Below the pieces are notes generated by a model. That model saw only the letters and a program-made list of their open reading frames with translations, had not been told where the DNA came from and did not search any database. A program made the position numbers and the translations under genes. 64,000 nt of DNA, from the NCBI GenBank assembly GCA_964016885.1, contig OZ024751.1, positions 24,428,001-24,492,000 on the forward strand, read 5' to 3'. Source of the stretch: Eledone cirrhosa. Lineage: Eukaryota. Positions 1 through 13,147 of this stretch are shown in pieces (the first letter of the stretch is position 1; every line of letters starts with the position of its first letter).

Positions 1-160
1 AACATAGCATCATCATCATCATTAACATAGTCATCATCATCATCATCATCATCATCATCAACATCATCATCATCGTCGTTGTCATCAACATCGTCTTTGA
101 TATTATCATAATTATATATATATATACACATACTAATACATATTACGTATATATATATAT

Positions 161-465
<305 letters not shown>

Positions 466-488
466 GTATATATGCGTGTATATTTATG

Positions 489-533
<45 letters not shown>

Positions 534-685
534 TTGGGCGCGTGTGGCGTATGTGTGTATATCTCTGCAGCCTTTATGTCTTTTAAGTAAAAATATAGGA
601 AGATCTAGTCAGTTTGTGTGGATTGAGACATCACTCTGAACTTTGCTCTTCATTTTAAACACATTCATTACATATGGAACACACT

Positions 686-720
<35 letters not shown>

Positions 721-1035
721 GGCTCTGAACATTAATCAGTATACACTGAGGATGAAAAGCTCAGAGTTGTATGGGAGCCTCCCAAAAGTCAGCTCAAAAG
801 TGACACAGAGGAGACTGAAGTTAGCTGGACATGCTCACCGACATCCAGAGTTGACATTGCACTCAGTGCTCCTGTGGGAGCCCCTACATAGACACACTGG
901 AAGAGGAAGACCAAGGTTAACGTATGTTGATTCCCTAAGGACAGACACTGGTCTGTTGGAGACGCAGGACGTGGCAGCGATAATGAGGGACAGAGATCGC
1001 TGGAGAGAACTCGTCCATGGAATGTTACCCGCCCT

Positions 1036-1038
<3 letters not shown>
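721..1038 (+). mobile_element. RTE-clade LINE 3' fragment (post-RT C-terminus)
   Basis: Translation QRRLKLAGHAHRHPE...LLWEP...GRGRPRLTYVDSLRTDTG...MRDRDRWR is typical of RTE C-termini. Flanked by (TA)n; a second copy lies at 56244-56485. Confidence 0.85.
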
Positions 1039-1084
<46 letters not shown>

Positions 1085-1319
1085 GAAAAATTGAACAGGG
1101 ACAGAACAGAGAGGCAGTACGATAAATGTTTATTAAATTCACGCCCAGGAGAGTGGGGGGTAGGTGGGGGACTATATTTAAACGTTAAACAAGGTTCAAT
1201 GAATAAATCAAAGAATGAGTTTTACAATAGATTGGAAGCACTCAACAATAAAGGTTTTCCAGTGTTATTAATATTAATTCAAAATATTAACAAAATAGAT
1301 ATTCTTGTGATCAAGTATA

Positions 1320-1382
1320 TTTTATTATACACATTTCAGAGGTACTGAGTTAACTTCAACAGTACGTCCTCATCAGATAAAA
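1320..1382 (-). ncRNA. Type I hammerhead ribozyme
   Basis: Minus strand: TTTTAT-CTGATGA-[GGAcGTACTG...CAGTACcTCT]-GAAAT-gtgt-ATA|ATAAAA. Same helix I and similar helix III as the HHRs at 53823-54073. Lies in the (TA)n-flanked island 1083-1590. Confidence 0.8.
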
Positions 1383-1608
1383 TAAGATGATGCATGACAT
1401 ACCCTGACATAGTACATGGTTATGATTCAGTCATGGTAGTGAGTAATATATATGACAAAACTCAATATTGAGAACATGAGAAAAATATATAATACATACA
1501 ATAGAGAGGGTGCGTGTGAGACAGCTTAAATAATACTTGGCATCAATATAACTGTTAAAAAAATTTAAATTACTGAAGAAAGACGAAAGAAATATATATA
1601 TATATATG

Positions 1609-1655
<47 letters not shown>

Positions 1656-1711
1656 GTATATATATGTATGTATGTATGTGTCTGTGGTTGTGTATCCGTG
1701 CATATGTGTGT

Positions 1712-1755
<44 letters not shown>

Positions 1756-2724
1756 TATGTATATATATATAAACGTATATACACGCAGTATATATATGAA
1801 TGCATACACACACATATATATATACAAAAATATACAAAAGCTAAACTACCAGGTATTAGCATACGTCTTCTTCTATTGAATATATCACTCATGAATTGAA
1901 GACCTCTAGCAATATCGGAATGGTCTATTTGCTAAATCTTCACACGATTATATTTAGGCTACAGAGAAATGTTCGATATCTAATATTATATAATCGCAAT
2001 GAACATTTTAGCTTACGTGGTAAGGTTGTGGTGAGATTTGATTCTCGATTTATTGTTCGATTCTACTAATTCTTTCCTCCATATAGGCCTTTAAACCTTC
2101 ATTGAGTGATAGCGGGCATTTAAGCTTACAGGAACCAATCCCTCTCTTCGGTTATGAACACGGCCGAATTCGCTTGAAAGATGGGAAGGTATAAAGAGAT
2201 GTAGAAGAATAATCTACCGCAGTACTCGACTGGTACTTTATTTATCGATCTTTAAAGGATGAAAGGGAAATTTTAGCATGGTGGTATTTTAATTCAGATC
2301 GGGCGAATACCGCGAAGGATTCTGTCCGACATGCTAACAACCCCGCCTTCGATTCCACAAATATTTTCATAATACGTCTTTACTTGACTGAGTCACGTTG
2401 TGTCTGCAGTGTTGAGTTCAAATCTCACTGAGAACGGCGTAATCTTCATTAACTCGGACGAATTGATAATACATTATCCAGCTAGTTCGGTGTATTCGAT
2501 TAATCCCCACCCTGGCTCCTTTCCACATCAATTTTTTTATGGATTGTGTCATTATTATGAATAAATATCGAAACCTCTGACGGCAATAGGAGTAATCAAC
2601 TGTTCATTGATACTAACTATGACACTGTTTAACAGAATATATATATAAGTATCAACGTTCATCTAAAGATACCTAGTTATCTAACGGCAGCAATAGTTGG
2701 CTGATAAGATGACAAGTCGGTCAA

Positions 2725-3020
2725 TCATATTGGTGGCCTCCCCACAGCCCCGGCGGACAGAATGGCGAAGGCGTTTTCCCGGAGGACGGCAAGGGAGGCG
2801 CGTTGGAAAAACAATTCCAATTGGTGAGGCTCACTCCTGCGGCTGGCCAGCTCAGCGCCTATGGTGGTGAGTAGAGAGATAGCCCTAGGGCCGAGAGCAC
2901 CAGAAGTCTCCACTGCCAAGGGTACGACCGCAATCCTGTCGGAGAGTGACCGGTATTTGGAGAGTTTGGCCTCCTCAGCCCGACGTACAGCAGAACCTGG
3001 GTTAGTCGCAGACTGCACAA
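2725..3020 (-). mobile_element. CRE-clade (RLE-type) non-LTR retrotransposon 3' fragment
   Basis: AVRRAEEAKLSKY...PLAVETSGALG...FFQRASLAVLRENA matches the K..KY / P.A.ET.G..G / QR.S.A..R.NA motifs of restriction-like endonuclease C-termini. GC-rich island. Confidence 0.8.
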
Positions 3021-3348
3021 GGTTGCGGCTGTTGTCTCGTTCTTCCATCTCGGTACTATCACACAGTTTAGACAGGGCTATGACTACTAATCAACACTTT
3101 CATCACTGCGGTTCACCTTCCATGTGTTTGTTTGTGTCTCTCCCTGTTTGACTTAAACATCTAACATTTAACTATATACGTATTTTGTCCTTCCTATGTA
3201 ATGTTGCATATGTTCCGTTTTCCTTTCGTCTAGTAAAATACTCCAGGACAGTGTTTATCTTGTTAGACACTATGATCTCAAATAAACCAGACGTAGTGTC
3301 ATCAGGGGTCTAAACCGTCTACCTCCATTTCGTTTCGACAGTGTAATA

Positions 3349-3554
3349 TAATAATACAAGGAAGATTTGCTAAGCCGTCATTACGTTTATTGATTGGTGA
3401 CGCGCGTTTTGCTATTGATCAGTTCATGGTCAGCTTTTGATTCCAGAGTCAGGCCAAATCGATACAGATCGAACCTTAAGCTAATCAATAGCGAAACGCG
3501 CGTCACCAATCAATAAACGTAATGAAGGCTTAACAAATCGTCCTTGTATTATTA
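3349..3554. mobile_element. Family B fold-back element with half-hammerhead (GAAAC-GCGC-GTC) and AATAAA
   Basis: Inverted arms 3349-3419 / 3484-3554 with few mismatches. GAAACGCGCGTC at 3493-3504 is followed by AATAAA. Confidence 0.7.
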
Positions 3555-3555
3555 A

Positions 3556-3644
<89 letters not shown>

Positions 3645-3652
3645 TATATATA

Positions 3653-3805
3653 CTCGAGAATCCACAAGTCTGATAGCTATCGATTGCAGAGCCGGGCCCG
3701 ATAACTACCGATCGTACCTTGAGCTGATCCATCACGAAACACAGGTAACGTATGAATAAACATAATGATGTTATGATACCTCGTTCCTGCTTCTTGTTAT
3801 TATTA
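3653..3805 (+). mobile_element. Family B 5'-truncated pLTR-like fragment with half-hammerhead
   Basis: GTACCTTGAGCTGATCCATCAC-GAAAC-acag-GTA|ACGTATG-AATAAA between TA tracts. Alignable by eye to 3420-3554 and 61420-61574. Confidence 0.6.
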
Positions 3806-4549
3806 TTATATACATATATATATATATAAAGAGAGAGAGAGAGAGACAGAGAGAGAGAGGGAGGGTGTCCCCCCAAAATATATACACACTTTGATTATTA
3901 GATTGCTGTGTGTATACATTTTTATGGTACATCCTGCATATATAATATATATCGCACGTCTGCGTGGGATGCAAAAATGTTGTAAATCAATATTTTTTAA
4001 AAGTTTTTCATTAGCGTAAATTTGATATCTCGCATAAAAAAATAGTTATAAAATATATAGAAACAAATAGCAAAGTATTATTTAATGGAACCTTTCAACA
4101 ATAATACTATATATTTTTATAATTAATTCTGACATTTCTAGATTTTTTTTTTTTTTCAGGTTCATGTACTTTTGAAAATTTTTTTTTTTCTCTGTATCAG
4201 GTTTTTATTAATTAAATTTTTTCTTTTTGTGTAAAGCGACTTCGTCGACTTATTTCAGGAATTATTTCAAAGACACGAAAAACATTACAACAACGCGTAT
4301 CACGAATACTTTTCCTACACCAGATATTTTTCTTTACTTTTTCTTGCTCTTTTTCCAAATCTGTGTTATTTTCAGAAAGCCAAATACGACATATTGAAAT
4401 TATTTAGTTCGTTTTCTTTTTCTCTTTATGTCTTAATTCGCGGATTTTCATTACAGATTTCAATCATATACTAATTAGATTCATGATAGATCTTTTCTAG
4501 GCTGCCCTGCCGACTTACTTAAAGGAGTGGAGGGAATGGATTGCACTCA

Positions 4550-4730
4550 CATTTGACGATGAGTGCTCCAGTACGTCGATCAATGGAATAGCCTGCTCAT
4601 GAAAATTAACGAGTAAGTTAACGTATAAGCGAGGTGTGCCTCACCCACTACAGGCTTAATATAATTCTCAGGGTGATTCAGCGTGACAAAATGTGTGGCT
4701 TGGCTCTTACTTTAAATTACAGATACAAAC
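4550..4730 (+). mobile_element. Decayed SINE body/tail (a family distinct from families 1 and 2)
   Basis: GATCAATGGAATAGCCTGCTCATGAAA...GATTCAGCGTGAC resembles a common octopus interspersed repeat as I recall it. Single copy here. Confidence 0.35.
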
Positions 4731-4951
4731 GAAGAGACAAGCCACACACATTGTTATGCTGAATCTTCCTGAGAATTACATTAAGTCTTTAGTGATTGTG
4801 CACACCTCACTTACTCGTTAACTTACTCGTTAATTTTGAATTACAGATACAGTTCATTTGATGGTCTTCCAAGCATTTCCCCTCTCTCCAATGTCCCTTG
4901 CAAGGCTTGGGTTAACCATAGGTAACTCGTAACTGACACTTGTCCAATATT

Positions 4952-5137
4952 TGGATTGGCATTATCGGTAGAGGATCGGACGCCATGCTTTGACGCATAT
5001 AGTTACGGCCCGTGCCATTCTGGGTTCAAATTCCGCCAAGGTTAACTTTGCCTTTCATCTTTACGGGGTCGATAAAATAAAGTACCAGTAATGCACTGGG
5101 ATAATTGCTAGCCTTGTGCCTAAAGTAGAAACAAATA
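4952..5137 (+). mobile_element. tRNA-derived SINE (family 1, Nin/Deu-domain-like)
   Basis: A box TGGCAnTATCGG, B box GGTTCAAATTC, central GCCTTTCATC..GGGGTCGATAAAATAAAGTACCAG and tail GCCTTGTGCCTAAAGTAGAAACAA. More than 20 copies in the window. Confidence 0.85.
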
Positions 5138-5258
5138 TTTCACACAGTGAGAACAAACTCGGGACCAATCTAATAATTGCAAAGGCGATCTACCTCACAA
5201 TTTGGTTATTCTGCACTCACAATTCACTCAATAAAAAACATTGAAAGTATCACCATAC

Positions 5259-5514
<256 letters not shown>

Positions 5515-5534
5515 ACATATACATACACACATAT

Positions 5535-5604
<70 letters not shown>

Positions 5605-5724
5605 TACTTTCGTGTTAGAGAAACTAATGAATATTTAATATTCATTGATATCATGAATGATAAATATGTTGTAATTGAAGGAAGATCAAAAAGTAGAACA
5701 CAGATATATATTATAATCCATTAG

Positions 5725-6455
5725 TGTTGTTGTTGTTGTTCTTGTTCTTGTTCTTGTCCTTGTTCTTGTTGTTCTTCTTCTTCTAAATCCTTTAGTATAG
5801 AGAGGAAGTTGTTGTTGTTCCCATTGTTGTTATTGTTGTTTTATTTATCGTCCCTTAATGATATTGTTGCTGTTGTTGATATTATTAAACCGCCCCTCGT
5901 GTTGTTTTTTGTTACTGTTGTTGTTGTTGTTATAGTTCTTCCCTTGATGATGTTGTTCTTGTTGTTTTTATTGTTTCGCCCTTAATGGAATAGTTGCTGT
6001 TGTTGTTGTCGTTGTTGTTGTTATTGCTGCCGTTGTTGTTGTCGTTGTTTTTATTGGTCTTTCCTAGATGTTGTTCTTCTTATTGTTCCGCCTTTAGTGA
6101 CATTGTTGTGATTATTGTTGTTGTTGTTGTTGTTATTGTTGTTGTTGTTATTGCTGTTGTTATTGTTGTCGTTGTTATTGCTGTTGTTATTGTTGTTGTT
6201 GTTATTGGTCTTTTCTTGATGTTGTTCTTTTTGTTCATGTTCGGTCTTTAGTGATATTGTTGTTGTTGTTGTTGTTGTTGTTGTTATTGCTGTTGTTATT
6301 GTTGTTGTTGTCATTGGTCTTTTCTTGATGTTGTTCTTGTTGTTCTTAGTCCGTCTTTAGTGATATTGTTGTTGTTGTTGTTGTTGTTGTTATTGCTGTT
6401 GTTATTGTTGTTGTTGTTATTGGTCTTTTCTTGATGTTGTTGTTGTTGTGGTTGT
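5725..6455. repeat. (GTT)n-derived minisatellite with an ~110-150 bp higher-order unit
   Basis: Recurrent ATTGGTCTTTTCTTGATGTTGTTC...CTTTAGTGATATTGTT motif within GTT repeats. Confidence 0.8.
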
Positions 6456-7052
6456 TACTTTTCCCCTTTTTCTAGGTTCTCTTACTTCTGATTCGGAGTC
6501 GATAAACTGCGTGTCAGTGATAGATTAGAAGACTGTTGGCGTCGATGAAATCCTTCTTTGGTCCGATAAGAATAAATACTAGGAATATATTGAAATCGAA
6601 GAAGCTGCCAGCTACATCCTCCCTAAACGTAGAGGTGACATTTACTATATGGATTTCATTGGAACTAGAAGAAAAACCCTCAACAATAACTCTACTACAA
6701 AATATATTATAAGCGAAACATTATGTGACAAGAATTCTAGTGAGATTCGAACTCTCAACGTATCGGTTTACATGCTTGAATTCTGTGGTTACGTGACACC
6801 AACTCAAAATGTTCACAGTACAACACTGTCCAATAAATATGCGTAACAAGACAAAACAAAAAGGGAAAAAGAGGAAAAGGTTTGAAAATTTATATTCTAT
6901 AAATATATTCTTTTACTGGTTTCTGTCATTAGACTGGTGCCATTCTGGGGCACAGCCTCACAGGTATTTAGTCGATCATACCATTAATTATAACGGTACA
7001 TAAAAACACACACGTATATATATATACACAGACACACAAACACACAGACACG

Positions 7053-7102
<50 letters not shown>

Positions 7103-7115
7103 CATATATATAAAC

Positions 7116-7172
<57 letters not shown>

Positions 7173-7173
7173 C

Positions 7174-7244
<71 letters not shown>

Positions 7245-7257
7245 CATATATATATAC

Positions 7258-7303
<46 letters not shown>

Positions 7304-7448
7304 ATATATGTATATGTATATATATATATTTATATACATGTATACATATATATATGTATATATATATACATATATATGTATATATATATATATATACATA
7401 CATATATATACATATATATATATATACATACATATATATATATATACC

Positions 7449-7481
<33 letters not shown>

Positions 7482-7525
7482 TATAGAAAACGAAGAATCA
7501 GTGATGCATCGGAACACAATTTATT

Positions 7526-7620
7526 AACATATTACAAGTGTTTCTCCGGCGAACGGCTCGAGGTAAGATCTATTTGTAGATCGAAGCTGAGCCTGGATTC
7601 GCAGGTTCCTCAGATACGTC
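7526..7620 (-). ncRNA. Type I hammerhead ribozyme with extended stem-loop II
   Basis: Minus strand: GACGTAT-CTGAGGA-[aCCtGCGAA..GGCTC..GATCTA caaa TAGATC..GAGCC.TTCGCcGGa]-GAAAC-actt-GTA|ATATGTT-AATAAA. Helix I is 7 bp. The island 7483-7638 lies in (TA)n. Confidence 0.75.
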
Positions 7621-7634
7621 CAGCGACATCGAAG

Positions 7635-7677
<43 letters not shown>

Positions 7678-7678
7678 A

Positions 7679-7869
7679 TAATTGTTTCTACTCTTGGCAC
7701 AAGGCCAGCAATTACCCAGTCTATTACTGGTACTCTATTTTATCGACCCCGTAAGGATGAAAGGCAAAGTTAACCCCGGCGGGATTTGAACTCAGATCAT
7801 AAAGGGACGTAACTCTATGCTTCAAAGCATGGCGTCCGACTCTCTACCGATACTGCCAATCCACTGCCT
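7679..7869 (-). mobile_element. SINE family 1
   Basis: Full-length reverse copy of the consensus. Confidence 0.9.
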
Positions 7870-7890
7870 TATATATAGTAATATATATAT

Positions 7891-8100
7891 AGTAATAATA
7901 ATAAATTTGAAGACTAAAATCCAAAGAGGGCTCGATAAGGATAAATATATATCAAATACATAAGAACCGTAGAGCAAATATTTATTAAAATAACAGATTA
8001 AAGTTTAAGCATTAGTTAAGCATAAAGTTAGTTTCAGAAGATCCCGTTAAGGGTGAAAGCAGCGATTCTTTGCTTAAACTTTAATCTGTTATTTTAATAA

Positions 8101-8103
<3 letters not shown>
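7891..8103 (-). mobile_element. TA-inserted element with inverted arms and a decayed HHR
   Basis: Perfect 33-bp arms 7979-8011 / 8071-8103. The spacer holds cAGAAGA-tCCC gttaa GGGt-GAAA. Tail 7891-7981 recurs inverted at 33941-34031. Confidence 0.6.
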
Positions 8104-8147
<44 letters not shown>

Positions 8148-8317
8148 TAGATAGATAGGTAAATATACACGGGTGTGTATGATTGTGTATAGAAGATTAT
8201 ATTAATAAGAGGAATTTCAACTTTGTCTGATTTACTCGTTTTATTTACAATCCTTTAAAATATATAATGGTATTATAATGAAATAGTATGATAGAATATT
8301 AAATTCTAAGTGTTAAT

Positions 8318-8356
8318 TGAACAAGTACTTTCATGCTTTCGCAATCTTCAGGTTCA
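8318..8356 (-). ncRNA. Minimal type I hammerhead ribozyme
   Basis: Minus strand: TGAAC-CTGAAGA-tTGC gaaa GCAt-GAAAGTACTT|GTTCA. 5-bp helix I, GNRA-capped stem II and palindromic AAGTACTT helix III. Confidence 0.8.
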
Positions 8357-8445
8357 TAATATGTGGTGACAGTCAAGTTTGCAATTTTCAACTGTGATAT
8401 ATATATATATATATATATTTATATAAAGAAAAAATGAATACTTAC

Positions 8446-8749
8446 TCGCACTTCAGTTGTATTCTGCCCTGAATCGATATCTGTATCGTTGTTTACCATC
8501 ATGACGATGGCGACACCCATGTTGCACCTGATGCCGAACGAGATGAGGAAGCCTAAACTACTGAGCAATGCTATTAAGTAACGTTGCCTAGATTGGAAAC
8601 ACATGCATTTAGGTGCTGGAACTGGTGGTAAAGGCCCTGGCATCGGTATAGTTTTCCTGGGCCCGGGTGGGGATTCGTCATCCCCGTACGTTTCGTCAAG
8701 TTCATCATAATTAACAAGGGTTTTTTCATCTTGGCTCTTTTTCATCAAC
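8446..8749 (-). CDS. VGLUT: Internal exon of a vesicular glutamate transporter (SLC17A6/7/8-like, VGLUT): N-terminal region and TM1
   Basis: [32 protein letters not shown] is the VGLUT TM1 signature. Acceptor ttttcgtttcAG at 8751-8750 (phase 2) and donor GTAAGT at 8445-8440 (phase 0) match, as I recall it, the exon 2 phase pattern of vertebrate VGLUTs. The next exon was not found in the window. Confidence 0.93.
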
Positions 8750-9226
8750 CTGAAACGAAAAAGGTTACAAGACAATTAAAATGGTATAAAATGATAAAGG
8801 TTGAGTCTACATAAACAATAGGAGAAGTTTTACACTGTTAATACCTTTTCCAAAGTTGACCCAACATATCAATCATATGAAAGAAAAATATCGATTTAAT
8901 AGACACGAATACATGACTGTTATTTATATGTCGGTCCCTTGGTATCATGGAATGGAAGGGAAATATCAAGAGAAATGCATAAACATAAAGATAAAGATGG
9001 AGATGTGAGTGATGCCTCTCTATCTCATAAACTTTTGAAAATCACCCAAACGCGAAACCGGAAATAATATTATTAATAAATGTTCTTGAAGGCTTCAAAT
9101 TTATTTTCAACTTTTTAAACTATATTTTTACCGCTGTGGATATAAATAACTCTACTTTCTCATATATATCTAAATATATATCTATATCTATCTATATATC
9201 TATCTATATATCTATCTATCTCTCTC

Positions 9227-9333
<107 letters not shown>

Positions 9334-9434
9334 GTATATACATATATATATATATATGTATATATATATGTGTATATACATATATATATATGTGTATATA
9401 TATAGATATATATATATATATGTGTGTATATATA

Positions 9435-9466
<32 letters not shown>

Positions 9467-9672
9467 CATATATATATGTGTATATATATATATATGTGTG
9501 TATATATATATATATATATGTGTGTGTATATACATATATATATATATATACATATACATATATGTGTATATATATATATAGAGAGATATATAGATATATA
9601 TACATGTATTTATATATGTGTATATATATATATATATCTCTATATATATATATACATATATATATATGTGTG

Positions 9673-9739
<67 letters not shown>

Positions 9740-10311
9740 GTGGGTGTTTGTGAATGTGTGGGGTTGAATGCGTGTAGTTATGTATGTGTATATCTCACAG
9801 TTGAAGAAAAATGTTCTAATTATTCTTGGCCTGTTTACACTTCCACACGGTATAAATAAAATATAGTTATTGAAGCAGCTACAAGCAGAATCATGCTTAT
9901 GCATGCATTCGCTTCTCTCGCCTCGTATTTTCTACAATTCAATCTCCATTACAAGAGTCAAATCACTGTCCTAGTACATTACTATATAAATTCAAATTGA
10001 ATTTCACACCCACAAATATAAAAGCCAGTTATCTGTTCTACCAGAATTCATGTGAAAGACTATAAAAGGTTATAAAGACAAAGCCTAAATTGTTGAGATA
10101 AGCGGATAGAGAAAGAAATTTGTAGTTAGCTTCTTATATATATTAGACAAATATGGACGCAACTTACTTTAAGACAAAGAAATAGCTAAACAAATTCAAA
10201 TGAACGTAGAACTCTAAAATAAACAAAACGATTATAGAGTAAACAGAAAAAATAATCACAGATCGCAAAAATACGAAATGGACACTGAGATAGCTGACAA
10301 TATATATATAA

Positions 10312-10431
<120 letters not shown>

Positions 10432-10798
10432 TTACATACATATATATTTGGGTATGTGGGTGTGTGTATAAGCATCGGTCATATCACGAATAAAAACACA
10501 TGAGCTGACTTTTTAAGATAAATTTTTCGAGAAGCTAAGAATCTTTTTAATGATCGACTTAGGTTGAGAGCAACAAATGACAAGCAGAAATAGGAAATAA
10601 AGAAAAAACAAAGAAAAATCAAGGAAATATGAATTTCGAAGATAGAATACTATTAGAATATTGGTAAATGATGGAATATTTTGAGGAGTTCCTAAGTAGC
10701 TCTTGACATATATTCCAAACTTCACAACGTAGACTTCTTTTATAAGTGATTCTAGATAAGAAAAATTCCGTGAACATAACATAATCGCAAGTGGTTGA

Positions 10799-10835
<37 letters not shown>

Positions 10836-11077
10836 GTGTGTATATATATATATATAACCTTTTATATATATACAGTATATATATATATACATCTATATAT
10901 ATGTATATATATATATACATATATATATATGTATATATATACATATATATATATGTATATATATACATATATATATATATGTATATATATACATATATAT
11001 ATGTATATATATATACATATATATATATATACATATATATATATATGTATATATATATACATATATATATATATATG

Positions 11078-11123
<46 letters not shown>

Positions 11124-11125
11124 CA

Positions 11126-11179
<54 letters not shown>

Positions 11180-11194
11180 GTGTGTGTGTCTGTG

Positions 11195-11233
<39 letters not shown>

Positions 11234-11446
11234 GTATATATATATAAACATATATATATATATATGTATGTATATATATATGTATATATATATATGTGTG
11301 TGTGTCTGTGTGTGTGTATATATATATATACAGTATATATATGTATATGTATATATATATATATGTATATATGTATATATATATGTGTGTATATATATAT
11401 ACTATATATATATGTATATGTATATATATATATCTATATATGTATA

Positions 11447-11539
<93 letters not shown>

Positions 11540-12239
11540 TCGCAGATGTGTATATATATACATGTAAATATACATATAAATATATATATTCATAGATATA
11601 TTTATATATATATTCATACATAAGTCCATGTGTCCGAGTGTGTGTGTAGGGGGGTGCAGGATGTGGGTGTATGTGTTAGTTTTAGTTAATATTTTGATAA
11701 ATAAAGAATTATTCCCCACCCTCACCACTACCACCATTACCCTCACCACTACCACCATCACCATCACAACCACTACCACCCCCTACCACTAGCACCACCA
11801 CTACCACCACCACCATCACAACCACGACTACTCCCACCACTAGCAACACCCTCCCACTACTACCACCACTACCACCACCATTACCACCACCACGACCGCC
11901 ATCACCATCATCACCACCATCACCACCACTATCACTACCCTCCTACCACTCCCACCACCATCACCACCACTATCACTACCCCACCCCTACCACCAACCAC
12001 GTGATCTGACATCCGTTCAATAAATGATTGGAGTGGAGAGCTACTCAACAATCTGACCAGGAACGCCATACAAGAGTGTCCAAATATCCAGCAGTGTGAT
12101 GACGTCACATGGCGGTCAATAATTATGAAAAATCTATGTAAATCTAACATTAGGAACAAGACTAGAAATTTGAGCGAAGGAGAAAGTCAATTATATCAAC
12201 TCAACTACTTAACTGTAACTTATTCTATCGACCTCGGAA

Positions 12240-12742
12240 TAATGGTTTCTACTTTTGGCTCAAGGCCAGCAATTACCCAGTACATTACTGGTACTTTATT
12301 TTATCGACCCCATAAGGATGAAAGCCAAAGTTAACCTCGGCGGAATTTGAACTCATCGTAAAGGGACGTAACTATGCTGGACAGCATGTCCGACCCTCAA
12401 CCGATACTGCCAATCCACCACCCTCTTTAAAGAAATTGTTCTACTTTTGGCACAAGGTCAGCAATTACCCCAGTGCATTACTAGTACTTTATCTTATCGA
12501 CCCCGTGAGGATGAAAGGCAAAGTTAACCTCGGCGGGATTTGAACTCAGAATGGCAAGGGCCGTAACTCTATGCGGCAAAACATGGTGCCCGACCCTCTA
12601 CCAATACTGCCAATCGACCTCGGAATAATGAAAGGCAAAGTTGATCTTGGCAGGATTTGAACTCAGAATGTAATGAAAAGTAACTAAATACCACGTAAAG
12701 CTGTTTGACCGACGTTCTAACGATTCTGCCAATTCACCAACC
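12240..12742 (-). mobile_element. Three tandem SINE family 1 copies
   Basis: Copies at about 12240-12423 and 12434-12616, plus an older partial copy at 12617-12742. Confidence 0.85.
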
Positions 12743-12917
12743 ATAATTATGAAAAAAATTATAAAAACACGAGAAGAAGCTGATCGTACGATTTGACCAC
12801 TTAAACTATTTCTATTCGTCTTTCGATTATTGAAACTATCCTTTTCTCCCTCACTCCTCTCTCACTCCTCTCTCTCACCCAGTTTTTCATTCTTTCCACT
12901 CTGTTCCTCCTCTCTCC

Positions 12918-12978
<61 letters not shown>

Positions 12979-13102
12979 TATATACATATACATATATATG
13001 TCTGTGTGTGTGTGTGTGAGTGAATGCAAATGTCTCCTTTTTCCCGTTTCCCACAAGCGTTCTGTATATATATATATACACATACACACTCACACACACA
13101 GG

Positions 13103-13147
<45 letters not shown>

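Noticed and set aside
1570-1592. CTGAAGA-AAGAC-GAAA
   Set aside because: No stem II, helix I or helix III; chance match.
4952-5040. tRNA gene calls at SINE heads
   Set aside because: A and B boxes are present, but there is no cloverleaf and they are always attached to the SINE body.
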